From Planctomycetota bacterium (lineage in GTDB: Bacteria > Planctomycetota > JAJSAM01 > JAJVHW01): a DNA stretch of 64,000 nucleotides. The translations under genes were made by a program, and so were the position numbers. Position 1 is the first letter of the stretch; the number at the start of each line of letters is the position of its first letter. This document shows, one piece after another, positions 29,225 to 39,096 of this stretch. The stretch is taken from positions 1,216,001 through 1,280,000 of the forward strand of contig CBDFJG010000003.1 of NCBI GenBank assembly GCA_965248445.1. Direction: 5' to 3'. The notes under the pieces were generated by a model. The model was given only the letters and a program-made list of their open reading frames with translations. It was not told the DNA's origin and did not search any database.

Positions 29225-29701
29225 CTACTTAGCGTCGTCCGCCGTCGCACCCGGAGGCGGCTGCACGACGTACAGCTTCACCGTCGACGCGACATCTTCG
29301 AACAGCTTGACCGACACCTCGTAGATGCCGAGTTCCTTGATCGGTTCCTCGAGCATGACACCGTGCTCTTCGACCGCGATGCCTTCTTTCGCAATCGCCT
29401 CGACGATCATCGCCGGTGTGACCGACCCGTAGAGCGTTCCGCCCTCGCCGGCACGTGCTTCGACGTGCACGGACGTGCCCGCCAGCGTTGCGGCCTGTGC
29501 CTCTGCCTCCTGGCGACGCTTCGCGAGCCGGACGACGACCCCCTTGAGGTGGCCCTCGGCCTGACGCTCGGCGTCCGGCGAGACCGGAGCCGCCAGCCGT
29601 CGCGGCAGCAAGAAGTTGCGTGCGAATCCGGGACGCACCTTGACGACGTCACCGGGCTGACCGAGGCCCTTGACCTCGCGGAGCAGCATGAGTTTGAGCA
29701 T
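29225..29701 (-). CDS. rplI: 50S ribosomal protein L9
   Basis: GQPGDVVKVRPGFARNFLLP, LYGSV, PIKELG. Confidence 0.97.
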   Translation of the reverse strand: MLKLMLLREVKGLGQPGDVVKVRPGFARNFLLPRRLAAPVSPDAERQAEGHLKGVVVRLAKRRQEAEAQAATLAGTSVHVEARAGEGGTLYGSVTPAMIVEAIAKEGIAVEEHGVMLEEPIKELGIYEVSVKLFEDVASTVKLYVVQPPPGATADDAK

Positions 29702-29709
29702 CGTGCCTC

Positions 29710-29955
29710 CTAGTGCGCCACGTACGGCAACAGAGCCATGAAACGGGCGTACTTCACCGCGGTCTTGAACTGCCGCTGGTGTCGCGCGCAGTTGCCGGAG
29801 CGCTTGCGCGAGTACATCTTGCCCTGCCCGGTGGAGAGTCGGGAGAGCGTATGCACGTCCTTCCAATCCATCTGCTTGATCTTCGCGCGGCAGAACCGGC
29901 AACGGCCCTTGCCTCCGAAGCGCTTGAAACGTGGCTTGTCGTCTCTGTCGCCCAT
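29710..29955 (-). CDS. rpsR: 30S ribosomal protein S18
   Basis: CRFC, DWKDV, GKMYSRKRSGNCARHQR, ARFMALLPY. Confidence 0.96.
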   Translation of the reverse strand: MGDRDDKPRFKRFGGKGRCRFCRAKIKQMDWKDVHTLSRLSTGQGKMYSRKRSGNCARHQRQFKTAVKYARFMALLPYVAH

Positions 29956-30467
29956 CAGGCACCTCCCTCTGCGGCGGCAGGCTCGGCCGGTGCAGCCGGT
30001 GCAGCCGGTGCCGCCGGTGCCGCCGGTGCCGCCGGCGTAGTCTTGACGGATGTGACGGTCCCTTCGTCGCGTTCACGCCGGCGTCCGCCGCCGCCGTACC
30101 CGCCGCCGCGCCCGCCACGCCGATCGTCGTCGTCATCCTGGATCATGCGCTTCTGCTCGATGCTCTCGGGGACCGGCACGTCGTCCGGTATCACGAGGAT
30201 CAGGAAGCGCAGAACCTCCTCGCGCAGAAGCAGGTCCGCGCGGATCTTCGCGATCGCATCCGTCGGCGCCGCGAAGTACGCGAGGTAGTACGCGCCGCGC
30301 TTCTGACGCTTGACCGCGTACGCGAGCTTGCGCTCGTCCCACTTTCCGTTCAGCCCGACCGTGGCGCCGTAGCGCTCGAGCGTCGTGTTGATCACGGCGA
30401 TCGTGTCGTCCCAGTCCTTCGCTGCCCGAGCGCTGTCGAGCAGGAACATTCCTTCGTAGTTCCGCAA
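29955..30467 (-). CDS. rpsF: 30S ribosomal protein S6 with Gly/Arg and PAA-repeat tail
   Basis: RNYEGMFLL, WDERKLAY.VK, EVLRFL; TTG start with GGAGG SD. Confidence 0.95.
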   Translation of the reverse strand: MRNYEGMFLLDSARAAKDWDDTIAVINTTLERYGATVGLNGKWDERKLAYAVKRQKRGAYYLAYFAAPTDAIAKIRADLLLREEVLRFLILVIPDDVPVPESIEQKRMIQDDDDDRRGGRGGGYGGGGRRRERDEGTVTSVKTTPAAPAAPAAPAAPAAPAEPAAAEGGA

Positions 30468-30527
30468 CTTATGCCTCCGTGCCGAGCGGTCACTGGGCGC
30501 CACCGGCGCCCGACCACTCCGCTTGTT

Positions 30528-31085
30528 TCAACCGTTGTGTCTGTTCGTTGCCTCTTGCGTGCCGAGCGACACCCAGTCCTCGACGCAGTTGGCTGCGCGG
30601 TCGTACGCCTCCTCGATCCGATCTCGTTCCGAAGGGCGGAAGCGCGTCAAGACGAAGCGCTCGGCCATCCCCTCAGGAGGCGTATCGATGCCGATCCGCA
30701 AGCGCGGGAATTCTTCCCCGAGCTGCCCGATCAGCGACCGCATTCCATTGTGTCCACCCGCTGAGCCGCGCGACCGAAGCCGCAACCGCGCCAGCGGAAG
30801 CTGGAAGTCATCCACGACTACCAGCAAGTCTGCGAGTTCCACCTCGCGTTCGCGCATCACTCGCTGCACTACCGGTCCGGACAGATTGACGTACGAGAGC
30901 GGCTCCAGGAGCGTGATGTCCTGGTCCCCAATGCGTCCACGCGCCACGCGCGCGTTCAGCCGCTTGTCCCGCTCGAGGGTGAGGGCGTTGCGTGCAGCGA
31001 CACGCTCGACGACCTCGTAGCCCACGTTGTGACGGGTGCCCACGTACTCGCGTCCGGGATTACCGATGCCCACGACGAGTTTCAT
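30528..31085 (-). CDS. pth: Peptidyl-tRNA hydrolase
   Basis: LVVGIGNPG.EY..TRHNVG, GSAGGHNG, RLRIGI. Confidence 0.97.
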   Translation of the reverse strand: MKLVVGIGNPGREYVGTRHNVGYEVVERVAARNALTLERDKRLNARVARGRIGDQDITLLEPLSYVNLSGPVVQRVMREREVELADLLVVVDDFQLPLARLRLRSRGSAGGHNGMRSLIGQLGEEFPRLRIGIDTPPEGMAERFVLTRFRPSERDRIEEAYDRAANCVEDWVSLGTQEATNRHNG

Positions 31086-31093
31086 CCGACGGG

Positions 31094-31768
31094 TTACCCG
31101 CCGCCCTCGGAGGGCTTCGCATCACCGTCAGCAGCGTCACCGGCAGCGGCAGCGGCGGCCGCAGCCTCGAGCGCCTCTGCAGCCGCCGCGTCCTCGGCAG
31201 CCTGCTCGTCGGCGGTGAGACCGCGCGGGACGGAGACGGTCACCATCGTGGCCGTGGGCTCATCTGCCAGCGAGACGTTCTCCGGCAGAGGAATGTCACT
31301 GGCGTGCAGCGACTCGCCGAGCGCCAATCCCGACAACTCGACCTCGAACTGGTCCGGGATGTTGCGCGGCAAGCAGCGCACTTGCAGATTGTCGCGCTGC
31401 ACCACCAGGATACCGCCCTCGTTGACTCCGGCCGGCGTCCCGCGGAACTCGATCGGAACGCCGATCGTCAGCTCGTGATCCGGGTGCAAGCGTACGAAGT
31501 CGGCGTGCAGGACCTTGCGGCCGAGCGCGTCGTACTGCACGTCCTTGAGCAGCACGCGCGAGGCGCCGACTCCCTCCATGTCGAGGTCGATGACACGCGC
31601 GCCGCGTTCCAGCGCGAGAACGAACTCGCGTGTCTCCACCGCGACGTGCCGCGGGGGGCGTCCCTCGCCGTACACGACCCCCGGCACGTGCTCGCCACGC
31701 CGCATGCGGCGGGCGCCGCGCGTGCCGGACGGCTCGCGGGGCTTGGCGCTCAAGTTCACGACCTTCAT
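31094..31768 (-). CDS. rplY: 50S ribosomal protein L25/Ctc
   Basis: ARRMRR..VPGVVYG, HADF, G...GV.EGG, Ctc C-terminal domain. Confidence 0.95.
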   Translation of the reverse strand: MKVVNLSAKPREPSGTRGARRMRRGEHVPGVVYGEGRPPRHVAVETREFVLALERGARVIDLDMEGVGASRVLLKDVQYDALGRKVLHADFVRLHPDHELTIGVPIEFRGTPAGVNEGGILVVQRDNLQVRCLPRNIPDQFEVELSGLALGESLHASDIPLPENVSLADEPTATMVTVSVPRGLTADEQAAEDAAAAEALEAAAAAAAAGDAADGDAKPSEGGG

Positions 31769-31843
31769 CTCTCTTGCCTTTCTGCGGGCGTGTCCGGGGC
31801 GTCCGCATCCCCCATTGGGTTCTGGTTCTCTTGGGTTGTTGAT

Positions 31844-32794
31844 CTACTGCGGGAAGAGCTTCGACACCGAGCGGCCCTGGTGGATGCGAAGGATCGCGTC
31901 ACCGAGCAGGTTGCCGCAGGACAGGACCGTCACGCCGGCCGGAGCAGTCGCTCCCAGCGGGATCGTGTCGGTCACCACGATGGAGTCGATCGGAGCCGCC
32001 TCCAGGCGCTCCTTGGCCGGTCCTGCGAAGACGGCGTGCGTCGCGGCGAGGTGCACCTCGCGCGCGCCGTGCTCGCGCAGGGCCCTGGCCGCCTCGCACA
32101 TCGTGCCGGCGGTGGAGATCATGTCGTCGACGAGCAGGCATCGCTTGCCTTCGACGTCGCCGATGAGGTGGACGGCCTTCGTCGTGTCCGCCGCAACGCG
32201 GCGCTTGTCCACGATCGCGAGCGGAACACCGAGGATCTTCGCGTACGCGCGCGCTTGCTTGATTCCGCCGACGTCCGGCGCGACCACGCATCCGTCCGTC
32301 ATCCCGACCCAGCCGACCGACTCGAAGTGGTCGAGAAAGACCCGCGAGCCGTAGAGGTGATCCATCGGGATGTCGAAGAACCCCTGGATCTGGGGCGCGT
32401 GCAGATCGAGCGCGACGACGCGGTCCGCGCCGGCACGCGTGATCAAGTTCGCCACCAGCTTCGCGCTGATGGGGACGCGTCCCTCGTCCTTGCGATCCTT
32501 CCGGGCGTAGCCGAAGTACGGAACCACCGCCGTGACGCGCGCGGCCGAGGCCCGCCTGAGTGTGTCGATCAGGAGCAGGAGCTCCATGATGTTGTCGTTG
32601 ACCGGCGGGCACGTGGGCTGAACCACGAACACGTCGCGTCCGCGCACGTCCTCCGCCACCTTGACGTCGATCTCGCCATCCGGGAATCGCTCGAGCGTCG
32701 CCTCGCTCAGCTGAATGTCGAGACGACGGCAGACGCGCTCGGCGAGATCGCGGTTTGCGTTTCCCGTGAAGACCTGAAGAGGACCCAGGATCAT
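31844..32794 (-). CDS. prs: Ribose-phosphate pyrophosphokinase
   Basis: FPDGE, PYFGYARKDRK, DLHAPQIQGFF, VDDMISTAGT. Confidence 0.97.
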   Translation of the reverse strand: MILGPLQVFTGNANRDLAERVCRRLDIQLSEATLERFPDGEIDVKVAEDVRGRDVFVVQPTCPPVNDNIMELLLLIDTLRRASAARVTAVVPYFGYARKDRKDEGRVPISAKLVANLITRAGADRVVALDLHAPQIQGFFDIPMDHLYGSRVFLDHFESVGWVGMTDGCVVAPDVGGIKQARAYAKILGVPLAIVDKRRVAADTTKAVHLIGDVEGKRCLLVDDMISTAGTMCEAARALREHGAREVHLAATHAVFAGPAKERLEAAPIDSIVVTDTIPLGATAPAGVTVLSCGNLLGDAILRIHQGRSVSKLFPQ

Positions 32795-34077
32795 CGCGAC
32801 TTCCTCCGCTTCGTGCGCGTGCCGACGCTGCGCGCCGGTACGCCGACCACCGTGTCGCCCGGGGCGACGTCCTTGCCCGCGGTCACGACGGCACCCGCGC
32901 CGGTGGTCGCTTTGCGACCCACGCGCACCGGTGCCACCAGGACCGTCCCGCTTCCGATGTGCACACCGTTCTCGATGACCGTGACGTGCTTGTTCTTGCC
33001 GTCGTAGTTCGCCGTGATCGTGCCGCAACCGATGTTCACGTCGGCGCCGATCACGGCATCGCCGAGGTATGTGAGGTGCTTCGCCTTGGAGCGCGCCCCG
33101 ATGCGGGTCTTCTTCGTCTCGACGAAATTGCCGACCTCGGCGCCGTCGGCCATCACCGTGCCCGGGCGGACGTGTGAGAACGGGCCGACCTCGCAACCCT
33201 TGCCGATCACCACACCGCTCTCGATGACGGTGCAGGGCAGGATGCGCGTGCCACGGCCGATCTTCACACCACAGTCCACGAACGTCGAGTTGGGATCGGC
33301 GACGTGGACCCCGCGCGCCATGAGGTCACCGAGGACGCGCTGCCGCATCCGTGTGGCCGCTTCGGCAAGCTCGGCGAACGTGTTCACCCCGAGCAGGTCG
33401 TCGCTGGTGCCGCGGGCCACGGCGCGGACGATCTTGCCGCGGCGCCGCAGGATCTCCGGGGCGTCCGTGAGGTAGTACTCGCCCTGCTTGTTGTTCGCCC
33501 TCACCGCGCGCAGCGCCGACCGCAGATCGTCCGCGTCGAACGCCATGATCCCCGAGTTGATCTCGCTGATCTTCCGCTCGTCCGCCGTGCAGTCCTTGTG
33601 TTCGCGGATCCCGATGAACGCGCCGCGTTCGCGCAGGATGCGGCCGTACTTCCCGCCGCCGCTCAGCTTCGCCGAGAGAATCGTCGCGGCAGCCTTGGTC
33701 TTGGCGTGCGACGAGAGCAGACCGCGCAGCGTCTCCTTGCGGAGGAGCGGGACGTCGCCGAGCAACACAAGCACGGTGCCGCGGTACTTCGCCAGGCGGC
33801 GCAACCCCACCTTGACAGCGTCCGCCGTGCCGCGGCGAACCGGCTGGTGCGCGAACTCGACGCCCGGCACGTCGGCGACTGCGCGCTCCACCTCGGTGCG
33901 CCCGTGCCCGACGACGATGACAATGCGCGTCGCGCCGGCAGCGCGCGCGGCCGCGGCCACGTGGCGCACCATCGGCCAGCCGCACACCTCGAACGAGACC
34001 TTGGGCCTCTCGCTCTTCATGCGCGTTCCCTGACCTGCCGCGAGGATGATCGCGGCCAGCTGGCGACGTCTCGGCAT
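32791..34077 (-). CDS. glmU: Bifunctional UDP-GlcNAc pyrophosphorylase/GlcN-1-P acetyltransferase
   Basis: ILAAGQGTRMKS, GEYYLTD, GNFVETK, HLTYLGDA, NYDGKNK. Confidence 0.97.
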   Translation of the reverse strand: MPRRRQLAAIILAAGQGTRMKSERPKVSFEVCGWPMVRHVAAAARAAGATRIVIVVGHGRTEVERAVADVPGVEFAHQPVRRGTADAVKVGLRRLAKYRGTVLVLLGDVPLLRKETLRGLLSSHAKTKAAATILSAKLSGGGKYGRILRERGAFIGIREHKDCTADERKISEINSGIMAFDADDLRSALRAVRANNKQGEYYLTDAPEILRRRGKIVRAVARGTSDDLLGVNTFAELAEAATRMRQRVLGDLMARGVHVADPNSTFVDCGVKIGRGTRILPCTVIESGVVIGKGCEVGPFSHVRPGTVMADGAEVGNFVETKKTRIGARSKAKHLTYLGDAVIGADVNIGCGTITANYDGKNKHVTVIENGVHIGSGTVLVAPVRVGRKATTGAGAVVTAGKDVAPGDTVVGVPARSVGTRTKRRKSR

Positions 34078-34418
34078 CAGCCTCTTTCGCACCGCAAACT
34101 CCGAAGTGCTCGGACTGCTCTGTCGAGAGCGTCCTCGCCGGAATTCGCTCGCAGCGTGGCCGGGGCATCGCTGCCGCGCGGGACGCTCTGTCGTGGACTC
34201 GAAATCCGGTCGGGGGTCGACCGGGGGGCCCGGACGACCGTCGTCCGGGACCGCGGAAGTTGGGGCTCCTGCGGAGAGGGGCGGAGCATACCCAGAGCCG
34301 CGGCCGCCCTGAAGAAGTCGGGCGCCGAAATCCGGCGCGCCACTCCTCCACTGCGGCGGTCCCTCTCAACAGCCTCCTGGGCACGGCGGCTGCGGGGTAC
34401 CCTCTCGCCGCCGACGGC

Positions 34419-34489
34419 TCCCCGGTGGTCTAACGGCAAGACAGTGGGTTTTGGTCCCTCTGATCCAGGTTCGAATCCTGGCCGGGGAT
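34419..34489 (+). tRNA. tRNA-Gln (anticodon TTG), CCA not encoded
   Basis: TCCCCGG TG GTC..GAC A GTGGG TTTTGGT CCCTC TGAT CCAGG TTCGAAT CCTGG CCGGGGA; one T-T mismatch in the anticodon stem. Confidence 0.9.
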
Positions 34490-34563
34490 GCCCTCGGCGC
34501 CCGTCCACAGAGGAACGGGGGCGCCGAGGGATCGGGGGCGCAGAAGGACTGGGCGCCGGGGCG

Positions 34564-35805
34564 TCAGTTCAGCCGCCGGCGCACCAGGTCGAGGGCGCAC
34601 TTCACGGTCACTTCGCGCACGAGCGCGCGGTCGCCGGGCAGCACGACGCGCCGATGGGTCGTCCGGTCTTCGGAGGCCAGCGCCAGGTGCACCAACCCCA
34701 CCGGCTTCTCCGCGCCGCCGCCGCCCGGCCCGGCGATCCCGGTGACGGCTACGGCAAGGTCGGTTCGGAAGCGAGCGCGGGCGCCCTCGGCCATCGCCCG
34801 AGCGACTTCCTCGGAGACTGCGCCGGGGCCGCCGGGTCCCAGCAACGCCGCGGGCACGCCCATGAGACGCGTCTTCTCCTCGTTCGCATAAGTAACCACT
34901 CCGCCCGGGAACACGCGCGAGACACCCGGGATCGCCGTCAGCGCGCCGGCGAGCAGTCCGCCCGTGCAACTTTCGGCCGTGGAGAGCGTGGTCCCATCAG
35001 CGAGCAACCTGGCGGCGACCACCTCCGCGAGCGTTGCGCCGTCCGCACCGAACACCAGGCGACCCAGCCGCCGACGGATCTCGGCCTCGGCGTCGTCCAG
35101 CAACTCGTCGACGTCGGCCGCCTGCCCTTCGGCGTGCACGATCACGCGGATGGTCCCGCGGCCGGCAGTCGTCCCGATCCGTGGTCGCGCATCGCGGCCC
35201 ATGAGGTCCGCCAGCATCTCGCCGACGTGCGACTCGCGTTCGCCGAAGGTCTCGAGCGCCCGCGTGCGAACGACGCGGCGGTTCTCGCCGAGCAATTCAC
35301 GGACCCGCGGGATCACTTCGTCGTACAGCACGCCACGCATCTCGTTCGGCGGTCCGGGGAGCGCAAACAGATGGGCGTTACCCACGCGCACGAGGAACCC
35401 CGGAGCCGTGCCGTGTGCGTTCGGAAGCACGTCGGCGCCCTCGGGGAGGTCGGCTTGCAACAGATTGCTCTCGGGCATCTCGGCGCCGCGCGCCGCCCAG
35501 CGTTCGCGCAACCACTGCTCGACGCCGGCGTCGCGCCGGAGTTGCACGCCGGCGGCCGAGGCCGCAGCGCGGCGCGTGCAGTCGTCCTGTGTCGGCCCGA
35601 GGCCGCCACTCATCACGACCAGATCGGCCGCCTCGGCGGCGCGGCGGACCGCCGCTTCGAGGGCGTGCTCGTGATCGCCCACGAGCGTGACCCCCACGAC
35701 ACTCACCCCTTCGGCCGAGAGCGTCCGCGCGATCTCGGCCGCGTTTCTGTCTTGCGTGCGCCCGCGCACCAGCTCATCGCCCGTCGAGAGGATGTACGCC
35801 CTCAC
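34564..35805 (-). CDS. cinA: CinA-family competence/damage-inducible protein (NMN deamidase PncC domain)
   Basis: STGDELVRG, SGGLGPTQDD.T, GTAPG, LPGPP.E, AESCTGG, AVTGIAGP.GG. Confidence 0.93.
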   Translation of the reverse strand: MRAYILSTGDELVRGRTQDRNAAEIARTLSAEGVSVVGVTLVGDHEHALEAAVRRAAEAADLVVMSGGLGPTQDDCTRRAAASAAGVQLRRDAGVEQWLRERWAARGAEMPESNLLQADLPEGADVLPNAHGTAPGFLVRVGNAHLFALPGPPNEMRGVLYDEVIPRVRELLGENRRVVRTRALETFGERESHVGEMLADLMGRDARPRIGTTAGRGTIRVIVHAEGQAADVDELLDDAEAEIRRRLGRLVFGADGATLAEVVAARLLADGTTLSTAESCTGGLLAGALTAIPGVSRVFPGGVVTYANEEKTRLMGVPAALLGPGGPGAVSEEVARAMAEGARARFRTDLAVAVTGIAGPGGGGAEKPVGLVHLALASEDRTTHRRVVLPGDRALVREVTVKCALDLVRRRLN

Positions 35806-36860
35806 ACCGAGAAGCGGACGTTCATGATGTCGCCGTCCTGAACGACGTAGTCGCGCCCCTCGATGCGGAATCGTCCCGCCTTCTTGACGGCCGCCTCGTC
35901 GCCGCCCGCGGCGCGGAAGTCGTCGTACGCCGTCACCTCGGCGCGGATGAACCCGCGCTGCAGGTCCGTGTGGATCTTCCCCGCCGCTTCGACCGCCGGC
36001 GTACCGGCGCGGATCGGCCACGCGCGGACCTCGTCCTCGCCGGTGGTGAAGAAGGAGATCGTGCCGAGCGCGCGGAACGAGGCGGCGACCACGGACTCGC
36101 TGGCGAGAGACTCGAGGCCCAGATCCTCCATGAACATCGCGCGGTCGTCGGCGTCCAGTTCGGCCACCTCGGCCTCGAGCTTCGCCCGGACCGTGAGGCG
36201 CGCCTCGAACGGCCCTGCTACGGTCTCGAGCAGTTCCTCGCCGCCCTCGTCGGGCAACGACATCACGAGGATCCAGGGCTTCGAGGTCAGGAAGCGGAAG
36301 CCGCGCAGCAGCTTCTCCTCGGAGGAGTTCAGCTCGACCGACTTCGCCGGGAGCCCCTCCTCCAGTGCCGCCGTCACCCGCCGCAGGGCCGCGAGCTCCT
36401 GCTTCTCCAGGTCGGTCGCGTTGGGGCCCTTGCGCTCGAGCTTCTCGATGCGCCGCGCGGCGATCTCGAGATCCGCGAATGCCAGTTCGCTCGCGACGTG
36501 CGCCGCGTCCCTCGCCGGGTTGGGCGCGGGATCGGGATACGGGTAGGTCGGATCGGCGAACGCGCGGACGCACACGAGGATGCCCTCCGCCTCGCGCGCC
36601 AGCGCCAGCAGTTCCGAGAGCTTGACGCCGCTCGTCTCTCCCGCGTCGGGCAGTCCGGGGAAGTCGCACACCTCGAGCGCGACGGGCGTGTACTTGCGCG
36701 GATCGTGATGCTCCCGCAGCCACTCCAGTCGTTCGTCGCGCACGCGCACGACGGACACCGCAGGCTCGTTCGGCCGCTTGGGCTGCGGGACCTGCCCGGT
36801 GAAGGCGCCGAACAGGGTGCTCTTCCCGGCGCCGCGAGAACCAACGATCGCGAGCCTCAT
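35802..36860 (-). CDS. ychF: YchF-like Obg-family NTPase with C-terminal TGS (DUF933) domain
   Basis: GAGKSTLF, DFPG, FLTSKP, SFFTTGEDEVRAW, AAGKIHTD..RGFIRAEV, YVVQDGDI. Confidence 0.88.
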   Translation of the reverse strand: MRLAIVGSRGAGKSTLFGAFTGQVPQPKRPNEPAVSVVRVRDERLEWLREHHDPRKYTPVALEVCDFPGLPDAGETSGVKLSELLALAREAEGILVCVRAFADPTYPYPDPAPNPARDAAHVASELAFADLEIAARRIEKLERKGPNATDLEKQELAALRRVTAALEEGLPAKSVELNSSEEKLLRGFRFLTSKPWILVMSLPDEGGEELLETVAGPFEARLTVRAKLEAEVAELDADDRAMFMEDLGLESLASESVVAASFRALGTISFFTTGEDEVRAWPIRAGTPAVEAAGKIHTDLQRGFIRAEVTAYDDFRAAGGDEAAVKKAGRFRIEGRDYVVQDGDIMNVRFSV

Positions 36861-37654
36861 GAGGTGGTCTCCGCCGCTCGCGCGGCCTCCTTCTTCTCGG
36901 CCCGCCGCTGCAGGATGCGGCACAGCACGAGTCCGACTTCGAACAGAACGACGATCGGGATCATCGTGAGTCCCAGGGTGACGGCATCACCCGTCGGAGT
37001 GAGCACCGCCGCCACGACGGCGCTGCCGACCACGAAGTGCCGGCGGTACGCCGCCATGGTCCGCCAGTCCGTCAGCCCCATCATCTGCGCGATCAGCATG
37101 ACGAGCGGCAACTGAAACGCGACGCCGTTGATGAACAGCATCCCGAGCCACAGTCCGAACCACTCACCGATGTCCGGCATCATCTGCACGCGGATGTCAC
37201 CCGCGTAGCCAACGAAGAACTTCAACATCACCGGCTGCACGACGAAGTAGAAGAACGCGCCGCCCGCGGCGAACAGCAGGTAGCTGAACGGCGCGAAGAT
37301 GGAGAGCGCGCGGCGCTCCCGCCTGTACAGGCCGGTTGCGACGAACTTCCAGAGCTCGCGCAACGCGAACGGCCCCGACACGAAGAACCCGAGCACCAGG
37401 CACGCTTTCAGGGCCACGAAGAACGGCCCCTCGAGGCTGGTCGAGATCACGTTCCCGGCCTGTTCCTCGCCGAGGACCTCGAGGAGAGGCTGCTGGATGA
37501 CCCAGATGACCTCCTTGTAGTAGACGATCGGAACGACCGCGCCGACCCCGAGCCAAATGATGGCCCAGACGAGTCGCTTGCGGAGCTCGTCGAGGTGCTC
37601 GCCGAGACTCATCGGACGATCGTCCTCGGGCGGCGGCTTCTCCTCGTCTGCCAT
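36857..37654 (-). CDS. tatC: Twin-arginine translocase subunit TatC
   Basis: MSLGEHLDELRKRL, W.FVA.GLY..E, FQLP, AAVLTP.GD. Confidence 0.95.
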   Translation of the reverse strand: MADEEKPPPEDDRPMSLGEHLDELRKRLVWAIIWLGVGAVVPIVYYKEVIWVIQQPLLEVLGEEQAGNVISTSLEGPFFVALKACLVLGFFVSGPFALRELWKFVATGLYRRERRALSIFAPFSYLLFAAGGAFFYFVVQPVMLKFFVGYAGDIRVQMMPDIGEWFGLWLGMLFINGVAFQLPLVMLIAQMMGLTDWRTMAAYRRHFVVGSAVVAAVLTPTGDAVTLGLTMIPIVVLFEVGLVLCRILQRRAEKKEAARAAETTS

Positions 37655-37733
37655 GCGGGGAATCTATCTCTCGTTCAGCGCCGCGGCCGGGAATCGAGAA
37701 GCCCCGGCCGAGAAGTCGCCCGCTGAGAATCGA

Positions 37734-37765
37734 GAAGGCACCTGCCGCAAGCGGCAGGTGCCTTC
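37734..37765 (-). terminator. Perfect 15-bp inverted repeat, probable terminator hairpin
   Basis: GAAGGCACCTGCCGC-AA-GCGGCAGGTGCCTTC, 18 nt downstream of the 37783 stop; weak U-tract. Confidence 0.65.
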
Positions 37766-37782
37766 GTGTCGTCGGGATCGGA

Positions 37783-39096
37783 TCAGAGACTCGTGAACGA
37801 CGCCAGCTGTTCCTCGGTGAGGATCGTGGTGCCGTACTGCATCGCTTTCTTGTACGCGTCGGTCGCTTCGAGGTTCTCGCCGCCGGGGCCCGGCGATCCG
37901 AGCACCAGATAGTGCGTCAGCGTGGAGACCTCGTCGTCCACCTTCGCGCCGATCGACTCGAGGCGCGACTCGATCATCGACTTGCCCATGGCATGGAACT
38001 CGCCCAGCAGGAAGAAGCGCATCTGACGGTTCGGCGAGTACGCAGCGCTCTGCACCAGGTCGCCTTCGACGATGGGGTCGGCGCGGGAGCTGAGCTCCAT
38101 CACCGCGGCCCGCGACATGGTCTCGTCGACCATCGTCACGCGGACGACGCCCTTCACATACATTGCGCCGCCCTTCTTGCGGCCGAGGACCGTGAAGGTC
38201 GTGCCGGGCATGAGCAGGTTGCGCTTGCCGAGGTTCACCCAAGCGGTGCCGTCACGCGCGGCCAGGACCTCTCCGTCGGGGCCCTCGGACGCGTACGGCT
38301 TCTCGCGGTCGACGAGCGTCTTCACCTCGCCCTGACCCTGAGCAACCTTGTTCTCGAGCTGCGCGATCTGGCCCTCGGCCTGCGTGCGGAACTCCTCGAG
38401 CTCCGTGCGTGCCGAGTCGACCTGCGCCTCGAGCGTCGAGATCTGCTCGCGCAGCTCGCTGCCCTGCTGCGCCAGGTTGGCCTGCAATGCCTGGATCTGC
38501 GACTGGCGCTCGGAGATGGCCTGATCCTTCGCGGACAACTCGCCCGCGTGCGCCGTGATCAGCGTGCCCTTTTCTGTGTCCGTCGCGGCGCGCATCGCCC
38601 CCTGGTTCTGGATGTCGGCCTGCATGCGCTTGATCGCATCGACGATCAGCGGGAAGAGACCCTCGAGCGTCAGGTTCTCGCCGTTCAACTCGGCGGCCGG
38701 CGGGAAGTACGCGACCTTGATCTTGCCGTCGTTGAGCTGCTCGACACGACCACCCTGTCCGGTCGCGCTGAACTTGTTGCTGTCCGTCTCGAACGTCAGC
38801 TGCTCGCCGGTCTGCGTCACGAACTCCTGGATCCGTGCGCGTGCCTTCGCACCGTCGGGGCGCGGAAGCGACTCGTGGTGGAATCCGACGTCTTCGCGCA
38901 AGAGGTCGAGCGCCTCGTCGAAGCCGCGAGCTTTCTCGGTGGCTTCGGTCGCCCTGGTCGTTGCGGTGCGCAGGCTGTTCTTCAGATCGTCTTGATCCTT
39001 CGAAGCCTCGTACCACATGAACGTCATCACCAGCAGGGCGACGAGCGTGATCACAAATGGCCAGTACGACATGCCTCGTTCGCGTGCCCGGATCAT
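37783..39096 (-). CDS. Membrane-anchored coiled-coil protein with C-terminal BRCT-like domain
   Basis: One N-terminal TM, long heptad region, beta domain (WVNLG...GVVRV...GDLV), then FFLLGEF...GAKVDDEVSTLTHYLVLG...YKKA..YGTTILTEEQL (BRCT pattern); start at 39096 or 39072. Confidence 0.75.
   Translation of the reverse strand: MIRARERGMSYWPFVITLVALLVMTFMWYEASKDQDDLKNSLRTATTRATEATEKARGFDEALDLLREDVGFHHESLPRPDGAKARARIQEFVTQTGEQLTFETDSNKFSATGQGGRVEQLNDGKIKVAYFPPAAELNGENLTLEGLFPLIVDAIKRMQADIQNQGAMRAATDTEKGTLITAHAGELSAKDQAISERQSQIQALQANLAQQGSELREQISTLEAQVDSARTELEEFRTQAEGQIAQLENKVAQGQGEVKTLVDREKPYASEGPDGEVLAARDGTAWVNLGKRNLLMPGTTFTVLGRKKGGAMYVKGVVRVTMVDETMSRAAVMELSSRADPIVEGDLVQSAAYSPNRQMRFFLLGEFHAMGKSMIESRLESIGAKVDDEVSTLTHYLVLGSPGPGGENLEATDAYKKAMQYGTTILTEEQLASFTSL

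Noticed and set aside
29985..30036. 9-bp repeats encoding PAAPAAPAA in rpsF, and the Pro/Ala tail of rpsB
   Set aside because: In-frame low-complexity tails are common on S6 and S2 in GC-rich bacteria.
34445..34461. T-T mismatch in the tRNA-Gln anticodon stem as a sign of a pseudo-tRNA
   Set aside because: All other arms are canonical, and single mismatches there are tolerated.
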